A stretch of 62,097 nucleotides of DNA, the filler included, from Choristocarpus tenellus KU-1152 (lineage: Eukaryota; Protista; Phaeophyceae): assembly GCA_964200185.2 (NCBI GenBank). It is 9 parts of 9 records of this genome, joined end to end, with 100 filler letters (N's around TTAATTAATTAA, not from the genome) between each part and the next. Parts side by side here need not be neighbours in the genome. Positions count along the whole stretch, not along the records: positions 24,887 to 35,910 come from CAXNAD020002560.1; positions 36,011 to 38,676 come from CAXNAD020025814.1; positions 38,777 to 46,277 come from CAXNAD020006061.1; 6 more parts are not named here. One strand, given 5' to 3'. Shown piece after piece: positions 26,487 through 38,845 of the stretch (the first letter of the stretch is position 1; each line of letters opens with the position of its first letter). The notes beneath the pieces were generated by a model. It was not told where the DNA came from. It did no database searches and worked only from the letters and a program-made list of their open reading frames with translations. Made by a program: the position numbers and the translations under genes.

Positions 26487-27739
26487 CTAAAATTGAGCTT
26501 TTCTCTTCTTCGTTCTTGAATCTGACTCCCATGACCTTGTCCACCCCCCTACCGCTGCAGGTTCTGCTACTGAACATGAACTTGCACTTCCTCCTGTTTC
26601 CACCCCCATTGGGATCCAACCTGGGCTAAATGTCACACCAGACCCTCGGTCCAGATCTGTAACTCCACCTGACCTAACCCTCCACGATCCTACCTGTGAC
26701 GTATCAGATGAGCTTCCAGTCAGGCTGTTTGCACTATCAACTGATTCTGTTGCTGTAACTGAACCGCTAGAACTTTCCCTAACCCTAACCCTAACCCCCA
26801 CAACAGTCCCTAAAGGTACTCCAGCACCTGGGGCACGCCCCTGTTCCCCAGCAAACAAGCTTCCAGCTGGACTTGGACCCTCTCCTACATCTGCAGCCCC
26901 CCCTGCCCCCACCAATGCATCTGATCCTGCCCCAGCTCCCCCCTTTGAACCTAAAGATGCATTTCCCTGCACCCCTGCTTCTAACTTTGTGCCTACACCC
27001 TCGGCAGCCCCTGCTCCTGATTCTGTCCTCAAATTTACTACATATCTATGTACCGGTGCCGCAGAACTTTGATCTAACCCCAAACCTTCTTCCCTCAAAC
27101 CTGACTCTTTGGCAGTAACCTGCCCACCTACCCCTCTTCCAATCTTTCTGGTCTCTCCTCCCTCATCTCCTGCTCCTGCAACTCCTTGTGATCCTCCTGC
27201 TGTACTTCTTTCAGTGTTTAATCCTTCCCATTCTTTTGCATCCCCCCCCCCCCCTCTAATCCTACCCTATTACTCGCTGAGCTTGCATCCTCCTCCATAT
27301 CCATATCTACATCCACATCCACACATGCGCCTGAACCTGAACCTGAACCTGAACCTGAGGCTTGTCCTACCGCTGCACTTAACAAAGGGGGAGAACCAGA
27401 AAGAGCCATAGCAAGCCGTAGTTGGGAAAGTAAGTTCATCTCCATTGCCTCAAATAGTGCCAGTGCCACCCTCGGTTGTACATTGTCAACAATCTTTCTT
27501 ACCACCCGATCTGCACGAGCAATACCATTTGCTATTAGCTCCTCTTTCCTAGCACCCCCCAGAAATTTCTTGGCATTCGCTTCCTCCACATCCTCGATTG
27601 GTTCAGAGATCTGCTGATCATCAAAGGAATTCCCAACCTTCTGCAGTATGTGTGATTCTTTGTCCTTATCCTTTTTCTGATTGATAGCTGATACTGATAC
27701 AGATAAAGCTTGTTGGTACTTAGCTGCCATCATACGAAC
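26487..27739 (-). CDS. Long exon of FAR1/MuDR-like gene: helical region then Gly/Ser/Ala-rich low-complexity tail; apparent frameshift at the C-run ~27242-27254
   Basis: CCAG|GTTCGT acceptor at 27740/27739 is in frame with ORF 27218-27733; ORF 26487-27098 continues in another frame just past a homopolymer (possible sequencing indel). Confidence 0.45.
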
Positions 27740-28111
27740 CTGGAAATGGTGGAGGGGGAAGCCAAGGAGCGATCATGCAATGAACTCAGCCTTGGGAAAT
27801 AATCCATCCATAGGCAATCCAACTACGTGATCAGCATCAGTAACTACATAAATAGCAATACCTTGTGCCCCTGGGATTTGGTCCATCTCTTTATACACAT
27901 GAACCAAAAACAGGTACCTCAGAGACAAACAACTCTGGACGACTAACTTTGCCTTGAAAACTTGACAGTGGCAATAATATTAATAGTATTCTTAACCCTC
28001 AGGCATATTTCTTCCACAGAAGATTGCACTCAGTAGCATGACCTCAACAGTAAAGTAAGGAGGGAGCGGTTAGGGTTAGGGTTAGAGGGGTGCCAGCACT
28101 GTTCCACGAAC

Positions 28112-28303
28112 CTTCCTCTTGCCATGCTCGCCGAGCTCTTGTTCACCAAAGTCCTCCTTCAGCACAGCAACCATGTGCTCCACTGGCACGCCCCTCTCCA
28201 CCCACTGGAAAATATCTTCTGCCCTTGAATCTAACTCTTTGGGAGACACCAAGGCCTTTGTAGAATCACGGCTTGGGAGTTCATGGTTGTGGAAGAGGCG
28301 TAT
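28112..28303 (-). CDS. Exon of FAR1/MuDR-like gene (IRLFHNHELP...IFQWVERGVPVEHMVAVLKEDFGEQELGEHGKRK)
   Basis: Pyrimidine tract plus CAG acceptor; HNH zinc ligands; AAG|GTTCGT donor; 192 nt, phase 0. Confidence 0.6.
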
Positions 28304-28587
28304 CTGGTGCAGGGTATTCATGAAAATGGGTAGGGGAGAGGGCACCTACTAAAGATAATCCATAAATTATTTTTCTTGATGGAGGTGACAAGTTCATACA
28401 AAACTTAATACATCCACTTTAAAAGATCTAATCACACAACAGCATGATATATGAAACATGAAGCATGCTCAACTGAGTCATTATCACCATCAGGCAAGAA
28501 AGCATATAACTCCAATGTCCCAAGTACTAAAGATATGCTTGATCAAGAATTCCTAAGGTGTTCATGCACATTAAAGCTTTTGCTCAC

Positions 28588-28740
28588 CTGTGAGATACTT
28601 GGCCATAGATCCTTTGCTGGCCACTTCAAACTAACCTTGAAAGGGCAATCTGTCTGTGAACAAAGGGTGAGGCAGACAAAAAATTACAAAACGGACGATG
28701 CCTTGGACATCTTGAGCGGCAACATTTTTGAGTGAAATAC
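28588..28740 (-). CDS. Exon of FAR1/MuDR-like gene (...PCSQTDCPFKVSLKWPAKDLWPSISQ); 5' boundary uncertain
   Basis: TDCPF motif and CAG|GTGAGC donor; joins in phase to IRLFHNHELP. Confidence 0.55.
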
Positions 28741-29268
28741 TTCACAGACAAGTGCTTCCTACAACTAGAATACATACAAAGGCCACAAAGCAGAGACTGA
28801 CCTTGTATTTATATTAAGAATTTGACAAGTACAAAAAAGACAAGTATTACAACACAGAATCAACATTACACTAGCCCATGTATTGCATACAGACATTCAA
28901 CAAGGAGGAAATACTGCAACTGGCATGGAGTGTGCAAGGTCACAAGGTAAAGATGGAAAGAGGGTAAAGGAGATGTGTATGAGTAACAGAGGTATGAAGA
29001 GGAATCACACAACGAAGCAAATACACTAGTTCCACTGTAAAGATATTGACAACACAAGAATGACCTGCAGGACACAATATATCAAACTCTCTGAAAGCAC
29101 ACTGAAAAATACTGACATACCAGTTGTACCACTGAGGCAGTCACACAACACATACCCCCGATGGTGCAGGGGTATCTCAAAATTTTACAAAAACCAGAGG
29201 CCGGGGTGCTATTTGACTTGATCTATGGGCATCACCCCACTAGTTTCGCACACTCCCTGACGGCAGCA

Positions 29269-29335
29269 GTCATAATTTTCTGTCAAAATTTTCTGTCATA
29301 ATTTTCTGTCATCATTTTCTTTTGATTTTTCTTTG
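29269..29335. repeat. 13-bp tandem repeat (GTCATAATTTTCT), about 4-5 copies
   Basis: Directly visible. Confidence 0.8.
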
Positions 29336-30188
29336 TTTTCTGTCGATTTTTCGATTATTCTTTGTTTTCTGTCGAGTCCATTACCTCCCAGGTAGTGATA
29401 CAAGTCCTCCCACTGCGACAAGAAAGGATACTCTTATCCTCTCACCGCAAAGGAGAGTTGGGAGAGGGGCCATGCTGTGGTTCACATTAAAGGCCTCTTA
29501 CTTGTCACATACCCAATTACCACCCTACCACCATGAAACCTACTGTCCTGGTGGTACAGTCCCATCCCCACATTGCAACATATGTGTGCATACAGGGTAT
29601 ACGGCTACGTCATGAAGAGCTATCCAACACCAAAATATAAGCCCTGGGTGGCTAACACTTCCAAGGTTATCCATAAAATGTAGGCAAATACCTATTATAA
29701 GGGTCATCCCTCACATTGAAAGCACCTCAGGAGTGTTTCTAGAGTACTAGCTTTCAAAAGTAAAGCAAGACACACAAAGTTAATATAGTCCGTTCTTTTT
29801 CATGTATTGCTGAGTAACCTCACACCTTCTGGGACCTCTTTATCCGCCTCTTGGAAGGATCCTGGTGGGGAGTCGTTGACTTTGGTCTGCCATGGTGACC
29901 TTTGCAAACAATATCTGTGTAACCCCATCTGGACTCCTCACCCACTGGCTGCACCTGCACATACATGAGAACAGAGGGTGTGGGCTTGAAGTTGTTTTAA
30001 GATCATAACATTTTGCCGCACGCAACATTGCAAAAAAGAAGAGTGCGACATTGAATACATGAATACATGAACCATCATAGATTATGGCTGTGATATTTCA
30101 CCAAGTCAATTGGAGGAAATCGACAACACGACTCTTAAAGTGGTAGACCATCGCACACAACCCAGCACTGCCGTATACATCCCAGCAC

Positions 30189-30346
30189 CTTGGAGTTGTT
30201 TTTTCGAATGCCAACATGACCGCTTATTTCAAGGGCATGAAGCACCTCTTCCATGGCCGCCTCCCACACTTCCTCCGAACATCCTGAGGCCTCGAACTGC
30301 CTCCCGACATGTAGCACAGGATGGCGAGATGGCATTCCTCTGACAC
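30189..30346 (-). CDS. Exon of FAR1/MuDR-like gene, N-terminal part of DNA-binding domain (VLHVGRQFEASGCSEEVWEAAMEEVLHALEISGHVGIRKNNSK)
   Basis: GCAG acceptor and AAG|GTG donor; LxVGxxFxxxEE...GxxxRK resembles the start of FAR1/MuDR DNA-binding domains. Confidence 0.55.
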
Positions 30347-30578
30347 CTGCATTGCCCTTCACTCTCCACGGGGAGAGGGATGACAAAGATCTACGATCAA
30401 GGTGAAGGCACACAAAGGCTGCCCCAGACATCCTGTTTATAGGGTCAATTATACAACATGCTAGAGAGAGCAAAATTCTCTACTCGGGCAATGAATGCGG
30501 TTTCATTAGTTTCAGCTTATGAACTGTGTACATCTGGATAATGTGGCCCAGACTATATAAAAGCGGAAGATACATACT

Positions 30579-31170
30579 TGGGCAGTAATATTTCGTAGGC
30601 GCGCTGCTTGCGCCTCTGCCGCCTCTTCTTCCAGGGCTCTCACGGCTGCAGCGGCTACCTGTGAAGAAGAGGGACACGCGCGACATAGTAGAGGGATGAT
30701 GTCGATGAGAGGAAGCGTGACGACGTGCAAAGGAAGATCAGCTTGTTTTACGGTAGGGATCAATACATAGCAAACTGGAGACAATTGTTATGTCAACCAT
30801 TTCTGACAGTTGATTTGGTTAGCAGTCATCAAGAGCAGGACTTGAAGTGAAGATAGATCATTAGATTATAAAAATTTGGAACCTCAGCTTCCTGGCGAAA
30901 AACTTCAGCATATCTTGTTGCTTGTACCACGACTCCCGGTGTCGTAGGCACCAACTGCGCCTCCTGCTTGAATTAATTGTTACCATAGTAAAGGGAAAAT
31001 GTAAAACGATAGTAAGGCAAATTGCAAATCCACTTGACAGGTGTATAAGAGAGCATGATTGCAGAGAGGATGGACTCGTGAGACGTAGCAAAACATACAT
31101 GTTTCTGTGAGGCTTCCAACGTCTCCTGTGCCTCAGACATCATCCCCTCTTGATACACAGATGTTCATCT
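30579..31170 (-). CDS. Probable upstream exons of the same gene (e.g. 30579-30659 VAAAAVRALEEEAAEAQAARLRNITAQ)
   Basis: CpG-rich segments bounded by CACAG acceptor and GTATGT donor; protein-like helical translation; exact linkage not resolved. Confidence 0.35.
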
Positions 31171-31869
31171 ATTGTTGGGTGCAAAAAAGCAAAAACAGAA
31201 AGTGTGTTCAACTCCCTTCCAAAGTCATTATCCGTCTAGTCATCCCTAAAAGTTTGGTTCACGCTTTCCATACCTTACTCAGTGGTTAGTGGGTGAGAGG
31301 GGTGTGCGTGTGGAAGGGGGTTGAGTATATCAAGGGTAGTGGCTGCGTCTTGGAAAGTAGGCAACTTAGACGTACCAATTTTAGTATTCTTATGACTTAC
31401 TATTTCGACATTCTGGTGTAACAGCGGGGTCTGTTGTCAACTTGACTAGGCTGACAATATGGGCATACCTCTCTGTGAAGTATGCAGTATGAACCACTGT
31501 ATATGGCTTATCTAGGCATGCTCTCCTTAATCATGTACCATGGACGGCATGGATGGTTTAAGGGGGGGGTTAAGAAATCCCACAGACCTACAGTTCTCCG
31601 TGGGGGGGGTTGTACCACCAAGTGGAAATCATGGCCAGCGTATGCGGAACGCTGTCGCGCGACTATCCAGCGGATTCTACAATGAGGAGGAGTCGGACAT
31701 TGCCGACGAGGCACAGACCTGCTGCCCCCTCGCCACGTGAAGCAAAGCACATACGGGGGTAGCCTTCAGATCGTAAAGAAGAGGAAGAAAACATAAGAGT
31801 CTCCAAAGAGAAGAAGAGAACATTCTGCCCCGTGTACAACATCTGGTTCGAGACGTTAGAAATCCTGGA

Positions 31870-34260
31870 ATAGAGAGCTGATTGTGGCAACTTGGAATGT
31901 TCAAACCTGGGCGTGATGGTAAGAACAGAGTGGGTGATGCAGCAATCTCTTTGCAACAAGTTTGGCCTTATGGATGCAATGTGATTGGACTCCGAGAGGA
32001 AAGAAGAGATGGGATTTCTTGCCTTGAGCCATGTGAGCCCAGATACAAAGTGATCTTTAGCGGGGGACAAGATGAAAAGGGTGAATGTGAAGTGGGTTTG
32101 GAGTGAAGGAATCAATACATACAACAGGTCACCCATGAAGCAGAGTAACTTGGAGAACCTTGATGGATGGATAATGAAGGGAGGATGCTCTATGGGAAAA
32201 GCACACTGTGGTACAGCAGACTCTCCCCAAGGATAAGCTCTTTTTGTACGATGGACATGAACACCCACGCTGGAAAGAGAGATGAGGGAGGGGGGATCAT
32301 GACAACAGGATTCTTGGGGTGTATGGACGAGATATGTTGAATGTCAATGGTGAACATCTGTTGATGCTTGCATTGATGAACACTCTTTGCACTTTACAAC
32401 ACATTTTTCAGTTTACCTAAGGGGAAAGGGTCCCATAGGCACTTGGGCCACTGAGAGGAAATGGAGTACCTTCATCTTGATTTCATCCTTACATTGATCG
32501 CGACATTCACGATGTGAGGGTGCACTCAGTTTTGCCAATGGAATCAGATCGCTGTATTGAATCTGTGTCGATTCGTCTCCATGATTGTCATGGTCCCAAT
32601 CGTAAGATGCGACCAGATGGCAAGGGACGCACTTTTATCAACTGACCAGCCTTGATGTCTTACACCCCCCTTGAGGTCTGAACTAGCGAATATGGCTGCT
32701 GGAAAAATCTTCATGGCAGAAGAGACGGTGCCAACCAAGATGCTGCTGATGTATTGGTCAATGTCAACAACATGGAATCTTCATGCACAGCCCATTTCTT
32801 GGACATGATCTCAGGAGTCCTTCCACCTCCTTCACAAAGGGTGCTGCCTAGAGGGTGGTGTGCATGTGACAAAGCTCAAGCAAGCTTCCTGAAAGTCTGG
32901 GAGGAATGGGGAAGGGCATGGAAACAACTTTGCATAGACCTTCAAAATTCCACTGTCAAGAAGGCATTGATCGAGGCTGGCAACACCTCAAATAGGTGAG
33001 GCCGTCTGCCTTGCAGCAGTTTCTTGACACATTCACTGGGAAGATGGAAAATCTTATTCACTGTGAGGACCAAACTGGTTTGTAGCAACAGCTGAGAGAG
33101 GGTGCCTTGCCAAATGTGGTATAATCTGAAGATGATTTCTGTTACCCACCAATTCCACAATGATATGAAGGCATATGTTTGCATGAATGGTGGTGAGTGC
33201 ACAGACTGGTTTAAGGTTGGACCGGGTCCTCGGTAGGGGTGAGTTCATGCTCTCATCCTTCTCAACATCTTCACTGCAGTGCTCAGCATAGCTGTCAAGG
33301 AGTTCACCTCTGACCCAGCCATCTCCTAGTAATTGTTGTCATGAAGAGAGTGGCCACAAACAACCAGGTAGATGAGGAGGAGCACCAGGGAGTAGGGTAA
33401 TACTTGAGCGGCTCTTGTGGGGTATGTCTTATGCTGGTGATGTGGCCACTGTCGCCAAGACCCAAGGAAATCTGACCAGGATGATGACAGTGCTTGTGGA
33501 GGTGACTAGATCATTCAATTTGACTATGTCAGCATCAGAGGCAGAGACCATGTGTCTTCAGCGTCCTACTCAGGCTGCTGAATCCATGCAGATCCAGGCA
33601 TTGGAACAGACCTATAGACAGGCTCAATAAGTTTGCCTTGGGGGCACCATCATCACTGACAATGCCACTGCTGAGATCAGCTAGAGGATTCAGAAAGCTT
33701 TGAGTTGTTTTCGCCAAAACAACCACAAGTGCTTTATGAAAGAAGAATCTCACTTGAGCTTGAGATTCAATTGTTCAAAGCTGAAGTGCTTCAAGTTCTG
33801 TTTTAAGGTTGTATGATGTGGACACTCCTCCAGGCTCATCATATGAAGCTCTGTTCCCATATTCACATATTCCTCCTCTGTTGCATAGGTTTCCTCAAAC
33901 AAACGGGAGCAGGCCAGTCGTGTCCTATCCTACAAAGATGCTATTGTCAAACTGGACATGTAACTATCAAGGCAACAGTGAACAAGTAAATACTCTCATT
34001 TGCTGGGTCAGTTGCAAGCATGAGGAATGAGCATCTTCCCAAGTTTTTGATATTTGGGGAGCTTGTGACTGGAAAATTAAAGCAAGTTGGATGGGAGAAG
34101 AACTGTTGGACAAGCCTCAGACAACCTTGAGAAGCTTAGAATTGCAATTGAGGGTTGGAGCATTGGGGCCACCAACCAATAGAAGTGGTAAGAGTGTGTG
34201 ACTGACGACACAACATGCTTTACAGCTAGCTAAGTGATATTCCACACCAAAGCAGCATCT
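31870..34260 (+). mobile_element. RTE-clade LINE, decayed ORF (APE endonuclease plus RT)
   Basis: VATWNVQT and VIGLRE (APE); G.R.G....LLNIF; LWGMSYAGDV (decayed YADD); LELEIQLFKAEV; IFGEL. Confidence 0.85.
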
Positions 34261-34619
34261 CAGGTCACCAAAGCCACCAACACAAAGTAGTAGGTGCTGT
34301 CTTCTTTTTTGACTGGTTTCTCTTAAATCCTTTGTTCAAGTCTTAGGTTTTAGGGTGATGGTGTTTTCTCCTGCAGACTCTTTCCTTTTATTTTTTTCTG
34401 TTTTTATTTTTTTTGTAATTCCGTGTTGCCTCTATTCAATGCACATTGCATTCTTCAAACTACCATTTGGGCCACAGTTCTGGGATCCTTTAGACTAATG
34501 TGATGCTAATAGTTCTTCCTCTGTTAAGAAATACATGCAACATAACTTTTGCAGCCCCGATGAGGTGAGGAGCTGGAGCACTGAGCGGCCTTAGTGTCCA
34601 CGATTGGCCAGATCCCAAT

Positions 34620-35880
34620 TTTCCCATCAAACGACACCTATTAGAGAGTTCCTAGGGTGGACCACAGCTGCAAGGAACATCACCTTCGTAATGTAATATT
34701 TGTTCTATTCCTGTGGGGGTTTGGGGGGGTCCTCAGTGGGGTGGAGGTACACACCTCAACCATCTTCGAGTATGTAAAACCACATCTCGTCCACATGCAC
34801 CCAGTCATATATAGATCATCCACTAATACCCCACTTCCTCCTTTCTTGTTCGTGTGACTGGTGATGAAACTCACCCTGCTGACTTTCTGCTCATCTGAGA
34901 GGACTACAGTCTTAATCCACCACTTGACCTTCTTCACCTTCTCGGAATTGCACATATCCCACAACGAGGCAAGGGAGACCCCAGCTTTGCCCACCCATTT
35001 GCAGAAGGATATGCAGTGTACCAATGGAATATCCCAAACATAAAGGATACTTGCATGGCGGCCACATTGCCTCTTGCAATGTCATACAAAGTCAATTCAT
35101 TCACCCCGTGCGATCTGGCTGTTATACTCCTTCAGATGAAGGAACTTGGTGGTCCAGGAAATTCCGAATCCCTTGTGATGGCCGCTTCCGTCCCTCGCAG
35201 CATCTAAGTCTTGCGCCACCATGCAGTTCTTGTCAGGGTGTTTGAGTCCTGACCCCAGACAGACATCTGGGTCGAAGAATTAGGACCAACGGGTGGTGAC
35301 GGTATGAGCGAGTCACTCAAACAACAGGGTGCCTTTGTCCTAAGCATCCCACTAAACACCTGCTTCAACAATTTCACAAGTTTTTTAACCTCGTCAAATG
35401 TGACTTGGTTGACTTTGCACTGGTGATCCTCCACAGTCATGACACCCCACCATATCAAACTTTGCACCCCTCCCAATCTATATGAGAACAAAGCCTCATC
35501 CCGATGTATAATCACATGGGTCGCTCCCGGGTGAGAACGGAGCTTGCAAAATTTATGTTACACTTAATTCCGAACGGAGGAAGTAGTGAATATTAAGAGC
35601 AGCATAACTATTGGGTAGTAGTACGCAACGTGGGTATCTTTCTTTTTTAAATATCTGCACTACATTGATCTGGGATGAACCCAGCTTGACACTACCTAGC
35701 CCCAACCCATGGTCAGAACCACTATGATGTAACAGGCTACATTGTACTCCAGAGCCCTTTGTAAAGGAATATACACCGCAGTGGAGAGCAGGGTTTTCTG
35801 TTATCATACCGTTTATTGTCGGATCATATTCCACCATACCATTGAGGTCCCTGTTCAAGAATCCTGGATTCCAGTCGAGG
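34620..35880 (-). mobile_element. Highly decayed non-LTR retrotransposon fragment
   Basis: SGSDH (end of APE), TFDEVKKLV, a YRP-like RT domain-1 remnant and LVDDL; related remnant at ~58020-58340. Confidence 0.4.
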
Positions 35881-36587
35881 ATCTTCAGCGAGGGGTCAAA
35901 GTATCTGGGGNNNNNNNNNNNNNNNNNNNNNNNNNNNNNNNNNNNNNNNNNNNNTTAATTAATTAANNNNNNNNNNNNNNNNNNNNNNNNNNNNNNNNNN
36001 NNNNNNNNNNCACCTGAATACCACCAGCTACATGAAGTATGGCTTTGGGGTGGGGGGGGGAAGCAGGACCGGCACAAGAGTCATGACTACTCTACTAGTT
36101 TATGTTACTTACAGCAGCAAGGGTAACAAACGTATGTGGTGGAATTGGCAAAGAGCACGATCACACACATCGAATCTTACACTTCAGATGACGTGCTTAT
36201 TGCTCACCAGGTAACCATCTCTTCAAGGCTTGTATCAATCAACCCCCCCCCCCCCTCCTCTTTCCATTGCTGTGCTATAAAAAATAGTACTATACATCAG
36301 TCTCAGTCTCAAATCTGTTTCGCCAATAGGTCAGATGACTGTAACAAGATCATCAACAAAAAACAGTATTGAAGGAATATCATCACACAACCCCCCCCCT
36401 CCACCACCACCACCCCAGCACACAAGAAACACAAATCACCTCCCAGGAAATTTACCACAACAATAAGTGACTCCTCCTCAATCTATTGATAATTCCTCAC
36501 TACCATTCGCCCCTGTCTTCCAATCCATCTATGCCTGTGAGGGGGAGGGGGGAAGAAGGGAAGGACAGAGACAAGGGGAATCAATCC

Positions 36588-37721
36588 TCATAGCTCCATC
36601 TCCGCACCGTCTTCAAGTGCAGCGTGGTCAATCACACCATACCTGGCCCAGAAATCCTCTTCCTCATCGCTATCGTCCTCCTCACTCTCTCCTCCATCAC
36701 CAACAGCAAGGCTATGGTCCTCTCCTCCACCACCATGCCCAGAAACAGCACTGACACCCACACAAGAATCACTACCGCCACCCTCCACCTGAAACCCTGG
36801 GTTTTCGTCATGCCCACCAACATTACTACTGATGTGAGTTGAATCAACATGGCCACCGTCTCCGCTCCCATCACCCTTCCCACCCACAATAAACATGTCA
36901 CCCCTTGCCCCACCAAAGTTATCGCTACCATCTAAAATATTAAAGGTTCCACCGCCGGGAGGAGAGTTAAGACCAACCGTTTCTTCCTCGGTGGACAACT
37001 TAACGCTCCTGCCCATGCCAACGACCACTGTCCATTGCCCCTGCTGCTTACACCCAACCTGACTCGAATGCTGAAACTGAAAATTCTCTGCATTCCGCTG
37101 AGAGTAGGAAAGAATGAAAAGAAAAAAAAACGCGGGGTTTGTGTCGGTGTAGCTACCGTTTGGGCACTGGGATAAAAAAAAAAAGAGGTTTTTTTTGTCT
37201 ATTCTTCCAAAATGGATGCACTCCGTGACTTAGTTGATACATAGTTGATACATTTCCTGGGTACTTACTGTTTTTCCCCCAAAACGGGCTATCAGTCTAC
37301 TGTAGGTACAACCATTTGTACAGACAGACAGACGAACAGTATTATTTACACCTCTACCTGCTCTTACGCTCATTTCACTACATGGGAGGCATTTCTTTCC
37401 CACCCACAAATATTCCAAATATACAAATCCATACCACAAAGTGTTTGCACAGCCAACAGAAACAACATGCTGGGGCTGCAAAAATAAAAAAAAATGCTCG
37501 AGTACGTCGATGCACACAATCGAAAACCTCATTCAACCCTAACACTAACCCTAACCCTAACCCAACAAAAAAATAAGACTTATCATCATAAATAAGGATG
37601 CATTTGCACCTGTCGTAAAGTCTCAAAGATGCTCGAAGCCCTCTGCCTTTTCTTATCCTTGCTCCTTTTTTCCCTTAAACCCTCTGCTGCTGCAATCATA
37701 GCAGCCCTGTGCACCTTCCCC
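36588..37721 (-). CDS. Possible two 3' exons of an unknown gene (GKVHRAAMIAAAEGLREKRSKDKKRQR...|RNAENFQ...Gly/acidic tail)
   Basis: CAG acceptors and a CAG|GTG donor give an in-frame join into ORF 36588-37028; no recognisable domain. Confidence 0.3.
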
Positions 37722-38776
37722 TGAGGGTCACACACACACACACACACACGCACATACACACAATAGATAGGATTCGTTTACATCGAAGCAACTCAATCGC
37801 TTGGATCCATTACGCAAAACTAACAAAAAGATTAGATGTAAACCATCTCGGTCTGTCAGTTGTCTGCTGACAAGTATGCACACACGCCTGGCCGTGGTGC
37901 GCGCTGAGGAATCACCAGACCACTGTTGTCATTATATATATTTTTTAATTGCTGCCTTTAGTACTTTCAATTATAGAAGGGTAGGGATACTTTCCGTACA
38001 CGGGTAGAGGGGGTTAGGGTTAGGGCTATGTACTTGAAAATACACAAAAAGTGGGAAGAAAACACACATGACAGCAAAATGTTGGATCTTCAAGAGGGTG
38101 AGGGAGGAGGTCCCAAAGTGTGCTACAACGCTCTGGCTAATAAATAAAAAGTCCTTGCAGTGTTCCGTTCCTCATACGCCCCAAACCTCAAAACCTCGAC
38201 ACAAATCTTGTTTGAAATTAAAGACGAGTTCATTTCTTTTGTTTCCTCCCTATCTTATTCCTTTTCTACTACATTTTTTTTATTATTCACAAATCCTTGC
38301 GGTTCACATCCCCCATTAATAACAACACAGCAGAGTTGACAAAAAAAAGAAGTGAGAACTATCATAATTCTTACAAGACAATTACCGAATAGACCACCGC
38401 CATGCCACAGAAAAAAACAAATATATATATATTTCAACTCCTACTTGGGCATATCACGACATGTGAGAACATTAATATATATATATATATATATACATAC
38501 GCATACATATGTATCATCATATGACAGCTCATCTAAGTCTTACTCCACCCACCTCCGCTTCCAACGCAGCAAGGCCCGTTTTTCTCCTCACTCTCATACC
38601 AGACCCTAAAGCTCGGGGTGATGCCCTCAAGCTAGAAGATCGAGGTGTCAACCTCTTGTGATTACCACCACTCCCCNNNNNNNNNNNNNNNNNNNNNNNN
38701 NNNNNNNNNNNNNNNNNNNNTTAATTAATTAANNNNNNNNNNNNNNNNNNNNNNNNNNNNNNNNNNNNNNNNNNNN

Positions 38777-38845
38777 GTGTGAGGCTTCACACCTTCTTGT
38801 CTTCACTACTGATAAATAGCATTACCTCCCAAGGTAAATTGCACA
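38777..38845 (+). mobile_element. 3' end of family-2 LTR, truncated by gap
   Basis: Near-identical reverse complement of 7212-7280, ending TTGCACA. Confidence 0.75.
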
